Positions 9,175 to 20,500 of a DNA stretch of 64,000 nt are shown piece by piece. Location of the stretch: the NCBI GenBank assembly GCA_050180485.1, contig JBFXED010000003.1, positions 23,654 through 87,653 of the forward strand, written 5' to 3'. Numbering within the stretch: position 1 is the stretch's first letter; each line of letters begins with the position of its first letter. A model generated the notes under the pieces. The model had not been told where the DNA came from. It ran no database searches and saw only the letters and a program-made list of their open reading frames with translations. Made by a program: the position numbers and the translations under genes. The DNA is from Alphaproteobacteria bacterium (GTDB lineage Bacteria; Pseudomonadota; Alphaproteobacteria; CADEGL01).

Positions 9175-9636
9175 TCAGGCGGTGGCTTCGATGCGTTCCA
9201 TGTCCGCGTCCGACAGGCCAAAATGATGGCCGATTTCGTGGATCAGGACATGGCGCACGACGTGGGTCAGATCGTCGCCGGTCTCGCACCAATAATCCAG
9301 GATCGGACGACGGTAGAGGAAGATCATGTCCACGTCCTGGCCGACGGCCAAGTTGGACTTCCGGCCGATGGCTATGCCGCGGTAAAGCCCCAGGATGTCG
9401 AAGGGGGACTCCAGCCCCATCTCCTCCTCAGTCTCGGCGTCGGGAAACTCGTCGACGCGGATGACCACGCCATCGAGATTGCCGGCAAAGGGTGCGGGCA
9501 GGGCGGCCAATGCGGCCTCCGCGATGGCGTGCAATTCGTCGAGGCTCGGCGGCGTCTTGGGCAAGGGCGGGCTCCCGGCTTGCTCCCCGGCAGGGCGGGG
9601 GCCATGGTTGGTCCTATCAATATAGGAGCGGAGCAT
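9175..9636 (-). CDS. zincin-like metallopeptidase family protein (small HExxH protein)
   Basis: [11 protein letters not shown] zinc-binding motif near the C-terminus, about 153 aa. Sits 18 nt upstream of the Lon-like gene on the same strand. Confidence 0.7.
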   Translation of the reverse strand: MLRSYIDRTNHGPRPAGEQAGSPPLPKTPPSLDELHAIAEAALAALPAPFAGNLDGVVIRVDEFPDAETEEEMGLESPFDILGLYRGIAIGRKSNLAVGQDVDMIFLYRRPILDYWCETGDDLTHVVRHVLIHEIGHHFGLSDADMERIEATA

Positions 9637-9925
9637 GGTGGAAAAACTGACGGGTGCGGCACGAACGGCGGCCCTGGCCAAGCTCAAGGGCTGGCGCGAG
9701 GTGGAGGGGCGGGATGCCATCCACAAATCCCTGCGCTTCAAGGGTTTCAACGAAGCCTTCGGCTTCATGGCGCGCGTCGCGCTCCAGGCCGAAAAGGCCG
9801 ACCACCACCCCGAATGGTCGAACGTCTACAACAAGGTCGAGATCACCCTCGCGACCCACGAATGCGGCGGGCTTTCCGCGCGCGACGTGACGCTGGCCGA
9901 ATTCATCGACGGGATCGCGGGCTAG
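9635..9925 (+). CDS. phhB: 4a-hydroxytetrahydrobiopterin dehydratase (pterin-4a-carbinolamine dehydratase)
   Basis: 96 aa with the EKADHHPEW motif. Length and pattern are typical of PCD/DCoH. Confidence 0.9.
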   Translation: MVEKLTGAARTAALAKLKGWREVEGRDAIHKSLRFKGFNEAFGFMARVALQAEKADHHPEWSNVYNKVEITLATHECGGLSARDVTLAEFIDGIAG

Positions 9926-10239
9926 GAACCGTCCAGCCGGGCCACGGCGACCTCGAAATGGTCGCTGGTCTCGGCGAAGCGCAGCAGAAATTCGGCGTCG
10001 CGCGGATAGTAGCGCGCGCGAGCATAGTCCTCGCCCGCGAATGCCTTGATCGATTCGATCGAGTCCCAGAAGGTGAGCGTGGTGACCTCGACGCGCTCGC
10101 CCTCGTCGCGGCAGAAAAGATAGGCACCGCGATTGCCCGCCGTGCGCCGGTAGTCGGCCAAGCCTGTCTCCTCGAGATAACGCACATACGCGTGTTTCTT
10201 CACGGCCTGTATATGGCCGCGCCACATCCTCACGATCAT
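9922..10239 (-). CDS. hypothetical protein, ABM/Dabb-like ferredoxin-fold candidate
   Basis: About 105 aa from [10 protein letters not shown]. No diagnostic motif. Convergent with phhB, 4-nt overlap. Confidence 0.4.
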   Translation of the reverse strand: MIVRMWRGHIQAVKKHAYVRYLEETGLADYRRTAGNRGAYLFCRDEGERVEVTTLTFWDSIESIKAFAGEDYARARYYPRDAEFLLRFAETSDHFEVAVARLDGS

Positions 10240-10340
10240 GACGCTCTCCTCGCCGTCTTCGATTGCGCGAGGCTCACGCGCGCGCATGCACGGCGCAAAC
10301 GACGATTTCTCAGGCGGTTGATGAGGAAAACTGATCTTGC

Positions 10341-11573
10341 CTAGACGGCGCGGTCCAGCGCATCGACCAGGCGCCGCACATCCTCGGCCGAATTGTAGTG
10401 GACCAGGCTCGCGCGCACGACGCCGCCGCGCGGCAGGTAGCCAAGACTTTCCACGGCGCGATGGGCATAGAAGATGCCGTGGCGCAGGCCCAGCTTGTGT
10501 GCATCCAGCGCCTTCGTGACTTCGCCGGAGTTCTTGCCCTCGACGACGAAAGAGAAAGTGGGCGCGCGCAAGTGCCGGTCGGCGCGCTTGCGACCGATCA
10601 GTTTCACCCGCTTGTCGGTGGACAGGAAATCGGCCAGCGGCTTCGAAACGGTCTCTTCGTGGCGCGCCATCAAATCGTAGACGCGGTCAAGCTGTTCGCC
10701 GAAGGGGCGGTTCGCGCCGGGGAAATGATGGGCGTGCAACGCCTGGAAATAATCGGCGATGCCCGCAGCGCTCGCGACCGTCTCGTAGTCGTAGCCGCCC
10801 ACGTTCATCTTCAACGGGATATTGTCCTCGGCGATGAAGAAATGGTTCTGGCCCTTGAGCGAAAGCATGTGCTCGCGCTTGATGTACATGAGCCCGTGGT
10901 GCGGGCCGAAAATCTTGTAAAGGCTGCACAGGTAGAAATCGACGTCGGTGGCGCGCACGTCGACGCGCCGGTGGGGCGCATGCGCCACGCCGTCGATGCA
11001 GACAAGCGCGCCTGCGCTGTGGGCCAGCTTCGCGATGGCGGCCGCGTCGTTCTCGCTGCCGGTCACGTTCGAGCAGTTGGTGGCGCAGACCAGCTTGGTC
11101 TTGCCGGTCAGCAGCGCTTCCAGATCGTCCAGCTCCAGATCGGCCGTCTCGGGCCGCATGCGCCATTCCCTGATGACGACGCCCATGTCGGCCAGGCGGC
11201 GCCAAGCGCCGTTGTTCGATTCATGGTCCAGGTTGGTGACGATGACCTCGTCGCCGGCCTTGAGCCGCGAACGGAAGGCGTTGGCCAGGACAAAGACGTT
11301 GTTGGTGGTGGAATGGCCGAGAACGATCTCCTCCGGTGTCGCGTTGATCAGCGCCGCCATGGCGCGCTTGGCCTCGGTCAGCCGCTCGGTCGCCTTGGCC
11401 GAAGGTCCGTAAGTGCCGTTGGGCTGCACGCGCGAAGTGGTCAGGTAATCCGTCATCCGCGCGATGAACTGCTTGGGCACCAGCGTGCCGCCTGCGTTGT
11501 CGAAATAGCCCCAGCCGTCGGCCAGCTGTGGGAACTGGGCGCGGACAAAATCGATGTCGAGGCGGTCGGCCAT
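10341..11573 (-). CDS. class V aminotransferase-fold PLP-dependent enzyme (cysteine desulfurase/SufS-like family)
   Basis: 410 aa from MADRLDIDF. DNAGGTLVP N-terminal block and SLYKIFGPHHGLMY PLP-lysine region. Confidence 0.8.
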   Translation of the reverse strand: MADRLDIDFVRAQFPQLADGWGYFDNAGGTLVPKQFIARMTDYLTTSRVQPNGTYGPSAKATERLTEAKRAMAALINATPEEIVLGHSTTNNVFVLANAFRSRLKAGDEVIVTNLDHESNNGAWRRLADMGVVIREWRMRPETADLELDDLEALLTGKTKLVCATNCSNVTGSENDAAAIAKLAHSAGALVCIDGVAHAPHRRVDVRATDVDFYLCSLYKIFGPHHGLMYIKREHMLSLKGQNHFFIAEDNIPLKMNVGGYDYETVASAAGIADYFQALHAHHFPGANRPFGEQLDRVYDLMARHEETVSKPLADFLSTDKRVKLIGRKRADRHLRAPTFSFVVEGKNSGEVTKALDAHKLGLRHGIFYAHRAVESLGYLPRGGVVRASLVHYNSAEDVRRLVDALDRAV

Positions 11574-11725
11574 TTGCGGTGCTCCCCAAGGCGTTGGCGC
11601 CACGGTAGGGGGTGGCCGAAGCCCGCGTCAACGCACGCCCGCGCGACTCCAGTTCCTCGCGCGGCCATGGCATGATGGCCGCGCCCCGCCGCGGGGCACC
11701 CGGGCTTTTCGGAGACTTATCGACG

Positions 11726-13687
<1,962 letters not shown>

Positions 13688-13736
13688 CCATGGGACGCGC
13701 AGGCGAATTCGCGCCCGCGTGAAAGGAGGGAAGGCG

Positions 13737-14930
13737 ATGACGACCGCGAACAAAGACGCCGCCACGGCCCACAAGCTGGGCGTGCGCGACTCCATCGCCG
13801 AGATGCCACCGTCGCCGATCCGTGAGGTCTCGCTGGTGGGCGCCGGCGTGCCCGGCGTGGCCGCTTTCTGGTTCGGCGAGCCCGATGTGCCGACGCCCAA
13901 ATTTATCTGCGACGCGGCGGCCAAGGCCCTGGCCGAAGGCAAGACCTTCTATAACCCGAACCGCGGCATTCCCGAGCTGCGCCAGGCGCTGGTCGAGTAC
14001 CAGTCGAAGCTTTACGGACGCGCGATTGACCCCGAGCGCATCACGGTCACAGCGTCGGGCATCAACGCCATCATCCTGTCGATGGAGATTCTGGTCGATC
14101 CGGGCGACGAGGTGATCTGCGTCACACCCTTGTGGCCGAACATCTCGGCCGGCATCGAGATCATGGGCGGCGCGGTCAAACGCTTCCCGCTCGACTTCGC
14201 GCGCGACAAATGGACGCTCGACATCGGCAAGCTGATCGCCGCCATCGGGCCCAAAACGCGCGCTGTCGTGGTCAACTCGCCCAGCAATCCCACCGGCTGG
14301 ATGATGAATTCGGCCGACCAGAAGGCGCTGCTGGAGCATTGCCGCAAGCACAGCGTGTGGATCGTGGCCGATGAGGTCTATGCGCGCCTGGCCTATGGCC
14401 GGCCCGCCGCGCCCTCCTTCGTCGAACATGCCGAACCGGACGACCGCGTGCTGGTCATCAACAGCTTCTCCAAACCATGGGCCATGACCGGCTGGCGCGT
14501 GGGCTGGATCACCCATCCGATCGGCTTCGGCAAGACGCTCGAGACGGTGACCGAATACAATATGTCCTGCGCCACGACGTTTGCGCAGTGGGGCGCCATC
14601 GCCGCGCTCAAAGGCGGCGAGGAGTTCATCGCCCAATCGGTCGCGCGCTATCAGGCCAACCGCGACGTGGTCTATCAACGGCTCGCAGGCAATTCGCGCG
14701 TGCGCATCGGACTGCCGGACGGCGCCTTCTACGCCTTCTTTTCTGTCGAGGGGATCAAGGACAGTTTGGGGGTCGCGAAGGACATCGTGCGCAACGCCAA
14801 GGTGGGCCTGGCGCCGGGCATCGCGTTCGGGCCGGAAAGCCAGGGGTTCCTGCGCATGTGCTACGCATCCGAACCCGGCCGCCTGGGGTCGGCGCTCGAC
14901 CGGCTGGAAGATTTCATCGGCAAGCTGTGA
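13737..14930 (+). CDS. pyridoxal-phosphate-dependent aminotransferase, class I/II (AspC-like)
   Basis: PLP-lysine block VINSFSKPWAMTGWRVGW, SPSNPTG motif, Shine-Dalgarno AAGGAGG 7 nt upstream of ATG. Confidence 0.85.
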   Translation: MTTANKDAATAHKLGVRDSIAEMPPSPIREVSLVGAGVPGVAAFWFGEPDVPTPKFICDAAAKALAEGKTFYNPNRGIPELRQALVEYQSKLYGRAIDPERITVTASGINAIILSMEILVDPGDEVICVTPLWPNISAGIEIMGGAVKRFPLDFARDKWTLDIGKLIAAIGPKTRAVVVNSPSNPTGWMMNSADQKALLEHCRKHSVWIVADEVYARLAYGRPAAPSFVEHAEPDDRVLVINSFSKPWAMTGWRVGWITHPIGFGKTLETVTEYNMSCATTFAQWGAIAALKGGEEFIAQSVARYQANRDVVYQRLAGNSRVRIGLPDGAFYAFFSVEGIKDSLGVAKDIVRNAKVGLAPGIAFGPESQGFLRMCYASEPGRLGSALDRLEDFIGKL

Positions 14931-14941
14931 AGGAGAGGACG

Positions 14942-15544
14942 ATGAAGCTCTATGAATTCGCCACTTCGGGCAATTGCTACAAGATCCGGCTCGCCATGGG
15001 GAATCTGGGCAAGAGCTACACGCGCGAGGCGGTCAGCCGCGACGGTGGCACCAAGACGCCGGAGTTCCTCAAGCTGTCGCCGACCGGCGTGGTGCCGGTG
15101 CTGGAGATCGCACCCGGCAAATTGGTGACGGAATCCGCCGCCATCCTGGCCTATCTGGCCAAGGGCACCCCCTTGCTGCCGGAAGACCCATATGAGCACG
15201 CCCAGGTGATCCGCTGGCTTTCGTTCGAGCAGGAGCGGGTGCTGTCGTCCATCGCCGGCGCACGTTTCATCCGCAAGATGCTGAACATCCCGAAGGAGCG
15301 CGAGGCCGAGTTCAAGGCGAAGCAGGAGGCCGGATACAAGGCGCTCAAGATCATGGATGCGCATCTCGCGAAGAACAAATTCTTCGCGGGTAACCGCTAC
15401 ACGATCGCCGACGTGGCGCTTTACGGTTACACGCATCTGGCGGGCGAGGACGGCGCGGGCATGGATTTGAAGCCCTATCCGAACGTGCTCGCGTGGCTTG
15501 AACGGGTGAAGGCGCAGCCCGGCCACGTCACGCTGATGCAATAG
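14942..15544 (+). CDS. glutathione S-transferase
   Basis: 200 aa. N-terminal thioredoxin-like fold (MKLYEFATSGNCYKIRLAM...VPVLE), C-terminal helical domain (ADVALYGYTH). GGAG RBS. Confidence 0.85.
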   Translation: MKLYEFATSGNCYKIRLAMGNLGKSYTREAVSRDGGTKTPEFLKLSPTGVVPVLEIAPGKLVTESAAILAYLAKGTPLLPEDPYEHAQVIRWLSFEQERVLSSIAGARFIRKMLNIPKEREAEFKAKQEAGYKALKIMDAHLAKNKFFAGNRYTIADVALYGYTHLAGEDGAGMDLKPYPNVLAWLERVKAQPGHVTLMQ

Positions 15545-15549
15545 GCGCC

Positions 15550-16164
15550 GTGGCGCGGCTCCACCATTTCTGGAACTCGGGCAACAGCTACAAGATCCGG
15601 CTGCTTCTGAGTGAGTTAGGGCGCGCGTACGACAGCGCGGCGCTCGACCGCGCGAACCGCGCGCAGAAGGAGCCCGCGTTCCTCGCCGTCAATCCGCGCG
15701 GCCAAGTGCCGGCGTGGGAGGAGGCGCCAGATCGCGTCCTGACCGAATCGGCGGCGATCCTCTTCTATCTGGCGCACGGCACGCCGTTGCTGCCGTCCGA
15801 TCCGTGGCTGCAGTCGCAGGTGGTGTCCTGGCTGCTCTATGAGCAGCAGCATCTCTGCAACCAGGGTGTCGGCATGGCGCATTACTGGACCTTCGTCACC
15901 GGCCAGGGCGAGACGAAGAAGGCCGAGGTCGAGGCCGCGCGCGAGAAATCTCGGGCGGAGTTCGTCTATCTGGAAAAGCATCTGCAAAGGCGCGACTGGT
16001 TCGTCGGCGATTCCTTCACGGTCGCCGATATCGCGATCTATGGCTACACGCACAGGGCGCCCATAGCGGGCATCGCGCTGGACCCCTATCCGAACGTCAT
16101 GGCGTGGATGGCACGGGCGCGGGCGCGTCCGCGCCATATCCGCTTTGAGGATAAGTCCACCTAG
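15550..16164 (+). CDS. glutathione S-transferase (tandem paralog of preceding gene)
   Basis: GTG start. Matches the upstream GST (HHFWNSGNSYKIRLLL...VPAWE...ADIAIYGYTH). Confidence 0.8.
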   Translation: MARLHHFWNSGNSYKIRLLLSELGRAYDSAALDRANRAQKEPAFLAVNPRGQVPAWEEAPDRVLTESAAILFYLAHGTPLLPSDPWLQSQVVSWLLYEQQHLCNQGVGMAHYWTFVTGQGETKKAEVEAAREKSRAEFVYLEKHLQRRDWFVGDSFTVADIAIYGYTHRAPIAGIALDPYPNVMAWMARARARPRHIRFEDKST

Positions 16165-17066
16165 TCCCTGGGTTCGGCGTTCTCGCGTTCGCCTTCGGCC
16201 TTCAGCCATTCCCGGAACGCCACCACCTTGTTCCGCTGCGCATAGGCCGGCGGATAGACGATGTAATAGGCCGCCTCGACCGGAAGCCGCAGCTTGAACG
16301 GTCGCACCAGGCGTCCCGCCGCCAGATCCGACGACGCGATGGCACTGCGTGCGAGCGCCACGCCTTGGCCCGCCACGGCCGCCTGCACGACCATGCTGGA
16401 GCTGTTGAATGAGATGCCGCGGCTCGGGTCCACGCCCTTCACGCCGGCGGCCACCAGCCAGCGCCGCCAGTCGGTTTCGATATCGTCATGCAGCAGCGTG
16501 TGGTGACGCAGATCGTCCGGGCATTTCAGTGGGTTCTTACCGGCGACCAGTTCGGGGCTGCAGACGGGGAACACATCCTCGGTCATGAAGCGGTCGGCGG
16601 CCAGATTGGCCCAATGGCCGCGGCCATAGCGCACGCCGATATCGACGTCCTCGCGCATGAAGTCGACCAGCCGCTCGTCGGGCGCCAGGCGGATGTCGAT
16701 ATCGGGATGCGCCGCGCGAAAGCGCCCGAGGCGCGGCACCAGCCACGCGGCGGCGAAGGACGGCATCGTGGTGACGGTCAGATGCCCGGTGCGGTCGCGC
16801 GCGGTCAGCCGCTCGGTCGCGCCGGAGATGGCGTCGAACGAGTCGCGCAAGACCGGCAGTAACGCCTGGCCGTGGTCGGTCAGGATCAGGCCGCGGTTGA
16901 CGCGCCGGAACAGAGCCACGCCCAGATGCTCCTCCAGCCCCTTTACCTGATGGCTGATCGCGGCTTGCGTCACGAACAGCTCCTCGGCCGCCTTGGTGAA
17001 CGATAGGTGGCGTGCCGCAGCCTCGAAGGCCCGCAAGCCGTTGAGCGGCGGAAGACGGCGTCCCAT
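16161..17066 (-). CDS. LysR-family transcriptional regulator (GcvA-like)
   Basis: N-terminal HTH LNGLRAFEAAARHLSFTKAAEELFVTQAAISHQVKGLE plus LysR substrate-binding domain. 301 aa. Confidence 0.9.
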   Translation of the reverse strand: MGRRLPPLNGLRAFEAAARHLSFTKAAEELFVTQAAISHQVKGLEEHLGVALFRRVNRGLILTDHGQALLPVLRDSFDAISGATERLTARDRTGHLTVTTMPSFAAAWLVPRLGRFRAAHPDIDIRLAPDERLVDFMREDVDIGVRYGRGHWANLAADRFMTEDVFPVCSPELVAGKNPLKCPDDLRHHTLLHDDIETDWRRWLVAAGVKGVDPSRGISFNSSSMVVQAAVAGQGVALARSAIASSDLAAGRLVRPFKLRLPVEAAYYIVYPPAYAQRNKVVAFREWLKAEGERENAEPRD

Positions 17067-17080
17067 GGCCCCTCCTATTC

Positions 17081-17101
17081 ATAAGATTTCCTAATCTTTA
17101 T
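17081..17101. promoter_or_regulatory. candidate LTTR-type dyad (AAGAT-N6-ATCTT) in the LysR/DUF1127 divergent intergenic region
   Basis: The sequence ATAAGATTTCCTAATCTTTAT lies about 15-35 nt upstream of the LysR start, a typical position for an autoregulatory site. Confidence 0.25.
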
Positions 17102-17224
17102 CCCGAGAACTCGTCGTTTGTCCAGGGGCGACTTCACCGACATATTCCCCGTCATGAACGGGGTTAAACCGGTTCGGGATGACCCCAAAAAAGATGAGAA
17201 ATTCGAATAGAAAGGGAAATCGCC

Positions 17225-17434
17225 ATGTCAGCCACCAGCATCTTCTCCCATGCCATTCCCTCCCAGGGGCTCGGCCATGCCGCCGTGAAGGGCCTGGGCC
17301 TGTTCGCCACCTGGTTCCTGCGGGGCCGGGCGCGGCAGCAGCTTCGCCAGCTCGACGACTTGACCCTTCGGGACATCGGCATCAGCCGCTATGACGCCGA
17401 GATCGAGGCCAACAAGCCCTTCTGGAAGGGGTGA
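17225..17434 (+). CDS. DUF1127 domain protein (YjiS-like)
   Basis: 69 aa with LRQLDDLTLRDIGISR, the hallmark DUF1127 C-terminal motif. Divergent from the LysR regulator. RBS GAAAGGGAAA upstream. Confidence 0.75.
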   Translation: MSATSIFSHAIPSQGLGHAAVKGLGLFATWFLRGRARQQLRQLDDLTLRDIGISRYDAEIEANKPFWKG

Positions 17435-17598
17435 GTGTGAATCACCACCGCAACGGGTCCGATCGGCAATCCTGCCGACCGGACCCAGCGGTTTCTTATT
17501 CGCCAGTTTGATTTCCGTAGATCCGATTTTGCCGTTCCGCGGTCTGGCCGAACCCGCCGCGCCTTGAGGCGCACCCCGACGGCCGGTACCGTTCCCCT

Positions 17599-17635
17599 GG
17601 CCGGCGCGGCTCTTCGCCGCGCCGGCTTTTTTTTT
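17599..17635 (+). terminator. rho-independent terminator after the DUF1127 gene
   Basis: GGCCGGCGCGG-ctcttcg-CCGCGCCGGC stem-loop immediately followed by T9. Confidence 0.7.
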
Positions 17636-17649
17636 GCCCGAGTCCCGCG

Positions 17650-18537
17650 ATGATCAACGCCGCCCTCTATACCATTAGCGTGCTCATCTGGGGCACGACC
17701 TGGCTCGCGGTCACGTTCCAGTTGGGTGTGGTGCCGGTCGAGCAGTCGGTGGCCTACCGGTTTCTGTTCGCGGGCGCCCTCCTGTTGGCCTACTGCGTCC
17801 TGCGCGGCCGTAAACTCGATCTCTCGTTACGCGACCACCTGTTCGTCGCGCTGCAGGGGCTCTGCCTTTTCTGCGTCAACTATGTCCTGTTCTATGCGTC
17901 GAACGCCTATCTCCACAGCGGCCTCTTGGCCGTCATCTTCTCCACGCTTCTCTTGATGAACGTGGTGACGGGTGCCGTCTTCCTGGGCACGCGCGTCAGC
18001 GGCCGCGTCGTCGCCGGCGGGCTGGTCGGGCTCGCGGGCATGGCGCTCCTCTTCCGCCAGGAACTGCACAATTTCGACCTGCAATCGGGCGGCGCGCGCG
18101 GCCTGATGCTTTCGCTGATCGCGACCGTCGTCGTCTCGGTCGGCAACATCACCTCGGCGCGCAACCAGCGCGCGGGTATCTCGGTCACCGTCGCCAACGG
18201 TTTGGGCATGGCCTATGGCGGTCTCATGACGCTCGCCTTCGCGCTGGCCAAGGGCACGCCGTTCGTTTTCGAATGGACGTTCCGCTATGTGGCGTCGTTC
18301 CTGTTCCTGGTCATCTTCGGCTCCATCATCGCGTTCGGTACTTACCTCACGTTGCTGGGGCGTATCGGTGCGGACCGCGCGGCCTATGCGATGGTGCTGT
18401 TCCCCGTCATCGCGCTTGTGCTCTCGACCGTTTACGAAGGCTACCGCTGGACCGTACACGGCCTGGCCGGCGTGGCGCTGATCCTGGCTGGGAACGTGAT
18501 CGTTCTGTTGTGGAAGCGCGGGAGCACACGCGCATGA
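17650..18537 (+). CDS. DMT-superfamily transporter (EamA-like)
   Basis: 295 aa with about 10 TM helices and two EamA repeats. Confidence 0.8.
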   Translation: MINAALYTISVLIWGTTWLAVTFQLGVVPVEQSVAYRFLFAGALLLAYCVLRGRKLDLSLRDHLFVALQGLCLFCVNYVLFYASNAYLHSGLLAVIFSTLLLMNVVTGAVFLGTRVSGRVVAGGLVGLAGMALLFRQELHNFDLQSGGARGLMLSLIATVVVSVGNITSARNQRAGISVTVANGLGMAYGGLMTLAFALAKGTPFVFEWTFRYVASFLFLVIFGSIIAFGTYLTLLGRIGADRAAYAMVLFPVIALVLSTVYEGYRWTVHGLAGVALILAGNVIVLLWKRGSTRA

Positions 18538-19460
18538 GCGGGCGGCGCTGGTTGCCCGGTCTGCCGGCGCCGATCGAGGGCGTCCTGTGGATGGCACTGG
18601 CCGCCCTTCTGTTGACCACGGTGAGCGCGATGCTGCGCCCAGTGGCCAACGACATCCCACCGGTCCAGCTTCTGTTCTTCCGGTGCGCGATCAGCGCGCT
18701 TCTTCTGCTGCCGTTCCTGATCCGCTCGGGCTGGGGCGTCATGCGCCGGCGCACGCTCGGGCTCTACACGCTGCGTGCGGCCCTGATGTTCGCGTCGATG
18801 CTGTTCTGGATCTACGCGGTGGTCGAACTGCCGCTGGCCGAGGCCACGGCGTTGGCCTTCACCGCGCCGTTGTTCGCCACCATGTTGGCGGCCGCGATCC
18901 TGGCGGAGCATGTCGGCGTCCGGCGCTGGGGCGCCGTCATCGTCGGCTTCATCGGCGCCCTGGTCATCATCCGCCCGGGCTTCGCCGTGATGAACATGGG
19001 CGTCGTCTTCGTGTTGCTGAACGCCGCATCCTGGGCGGGGGCGATCATCTTGGCCCGCATCCTCTCTCGAGGCGACGATCCGGTGACGATCGTCGCCTCC
19101 ATGTTCCTCCTAGCCACCCCCATGGCGATGGTGCCCGCGCTGTTCGTGTGGGAAACGCCGACTTTCACATCCCTGGCCTTGCTTGTCGCCATGGCCGTGC
19201 TCGGTGTGCTGGGGCATATCGCGGCCACGCGCGCCTTGGCCGTGGCCGAGACCTCGGTTGTCGTGCCGGTCGAATACATCCAGCTTCCAATCAGCGCCTT
19301 GTTGGGCTTCGTGGTCTTCGCCGAAGTGCCGGATATCTATACCCCGATTGGAGCCGCGATCATCATCGCCGCGGTCCTCTACATCAGCCACCGCGAAGCC
19401 ATGCAGGCGCGCCGCCGCGCAACGGATCCGCCCGCTCCGATCGCGCCGCCGACGCCTTGA
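18534..19460 (+). CDS. DMT-superfamily transporter (EamA-like), second copy
   Basis: Starts at MSGRRWLPGL, overlapping the previous stop in ATGA. Polytopic with EamA-like repeats. Confidence 0.8.
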   Translation: MSGRRWLPGLPAPIEGVLWMALAALLLTTVSAMLRPVANDIPPVQLLFFRCAISALLLLPFLIRSGWGVMRRRTLGLYTLRAALMFASMLFWIYAVVELPLAEATALAFTAPLFATMLAAAILAEHVGVRRWGAVIVGFIGALVIIRPGFAVMNMGVVFVLLNAASWAGAIILARILSRGDDPVTIVASMFLLATPMAMVPALFVWETPTFTSLALLVAMAVLGVLGHIAATRALAVAETSVVVPVEYIQLPISALLGFVVFAEVPDIYTPIGAAIIIAAVLYISHREAMQARRRATDPPAPIAPPTP

Positions 19461-19508
19461 TGTCGCCTACCCTGTGCGCGCATTCTGGCGCCAGGACGGG
19501 AGGACGGA

Positions 19509-20003
19509 ATGGGATTCGAAAATTTCCGAATGCTGGCCCGCTTCAACGGCTGGGCGAACGGCCATATCTACGATTGCTGCGCGCGCCTGTCGGACACGGA
19601 TTATCGGATGGACCGTAAAGCCTTTTTTGGTTCGATTCACGCCACACTCAATCATCTTTTGGTCGTGGACAAACTGTGGCGGGCTCGCGTTGAGGGTGGA
19701 ACGGCCGACATCAAGAGCCTCGACGAGATCCTGCACGACGACTTACCTTCGCTGCGCGCTGCGCGTGGGGCGGAAGATGCTGCTCTGATCCGCGCGGTTG
19801 ATGCGATCGACGCGGCCAACATTTCCAAACCGCTGACCTACAAGTTCGTCGACGGCACTTCGGCCGAAACACCGCTGGATGTCGTGCTGATCACGCTATT
19901 CAATCACCAGACGCATCATCGTGGCCAGATCCATGTCATGCTGACACAGGCAGGGGTCACGCCACCGCCGCTCGACATCATCAATTTTCCGGGAGCACGG
20001 TGA
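19509..20003 (+). CDS. DinB/YfiT-family protein (DinB_2 four-helix-bundle, putative metal-dependent thiol transferase/hydrolase)
   Basis: Motifs FNGWANGHIYD, HATLNHLLVVDKLW and FNHQTHHRGQIHVML. Confidence 0.8.
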   Translation: MGFENFRMLARFNGWANGHIYDCCARLSDTDYRMDRKAFFGSIHATLNHLLVVDKLWRARVEGGTADIKSLDEILHDDLPSLRAARGAEDAALIRAVDAIDAANISKPLTYKFVDGTSAETPLDVVLITLFNHQTHHRGQIHVMLTQAGVTPPPLDIINFPGAR

Positions 20004-20500
20004 TGGCATCCGATTATTTCCGTGTATTCGCGCGCTATAACCGCTGGGCCAACACACGGCTATACGACGCTTGCGCCCAGCTTTCCGACGCGGACCGGCG
20101 CCAGGACCGCAAGGCGTTCTTCGGTTCTGTCCACAACACGCTCAACCATCTTTTGGTCGGTGACCGGATCTGGATGGGCCGCTTCACGGGTACGGATTCC
20201 GGGATCAAAGCGCTGAACCAAATTCTGTTCGACGACTTCGCCGCGTTGCGTCGCGCGCGCGAGATGGAGGACGACCGCATCCAGGTTTATGTGGAAGGCT
20301 GCGACGAAGCCAAGCTGGCCGCCGCGCTCGATTTCAAGAGCATGGATGGCACCGCATCCTCCATGCCGCTCGCCCAAGTGCTTGGGCATTTCTTCAATCA
20401 CCAGACCCATCATCGTGGCCAGGTCCACGCCATGCTGAGCCAGGCTGGAGTGGCCGCGCCGTCACTCGATCTGATCGCCTTCCTGCGCGAAAAGCGCTAG
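20000..20500 (+). CDS. DinB/YfiT-family protein, tandem paralog
   Basis: Same motifs (YNRWANTRLYD, HNTLNHLLVGDRIW, FNHQTHHRGQVHAML). ATGA overlap with the upstream paralog. Confidence 0.8.
   Translation: MMASDYFRVFARYNRWANTRLYDACAQLSDADRRQDRKAFFGSVHNTLNHLLVGDRIWMGRFTGTDSGIKALNQILFDDFAALRRAREMEDDRIQVYVEGCDEAKLAAALDFKSMDGTASSMPLAQVLGHFFNHQTHHRGQVHAMLSQAGVAAPSLDLIAFLREKR

Noticed and set aside
18534-18538. Apparent 1-nt inconsistency between my manual position count and the ORF-track coordinates at the EamA-EamA junction
   Set aside because: The track frames are internally consistent (ATG 18534-18536, TGA 18535-18537). I treat my hand count as off by one here and used the track coordinates. 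It does not indicate a frameshift.
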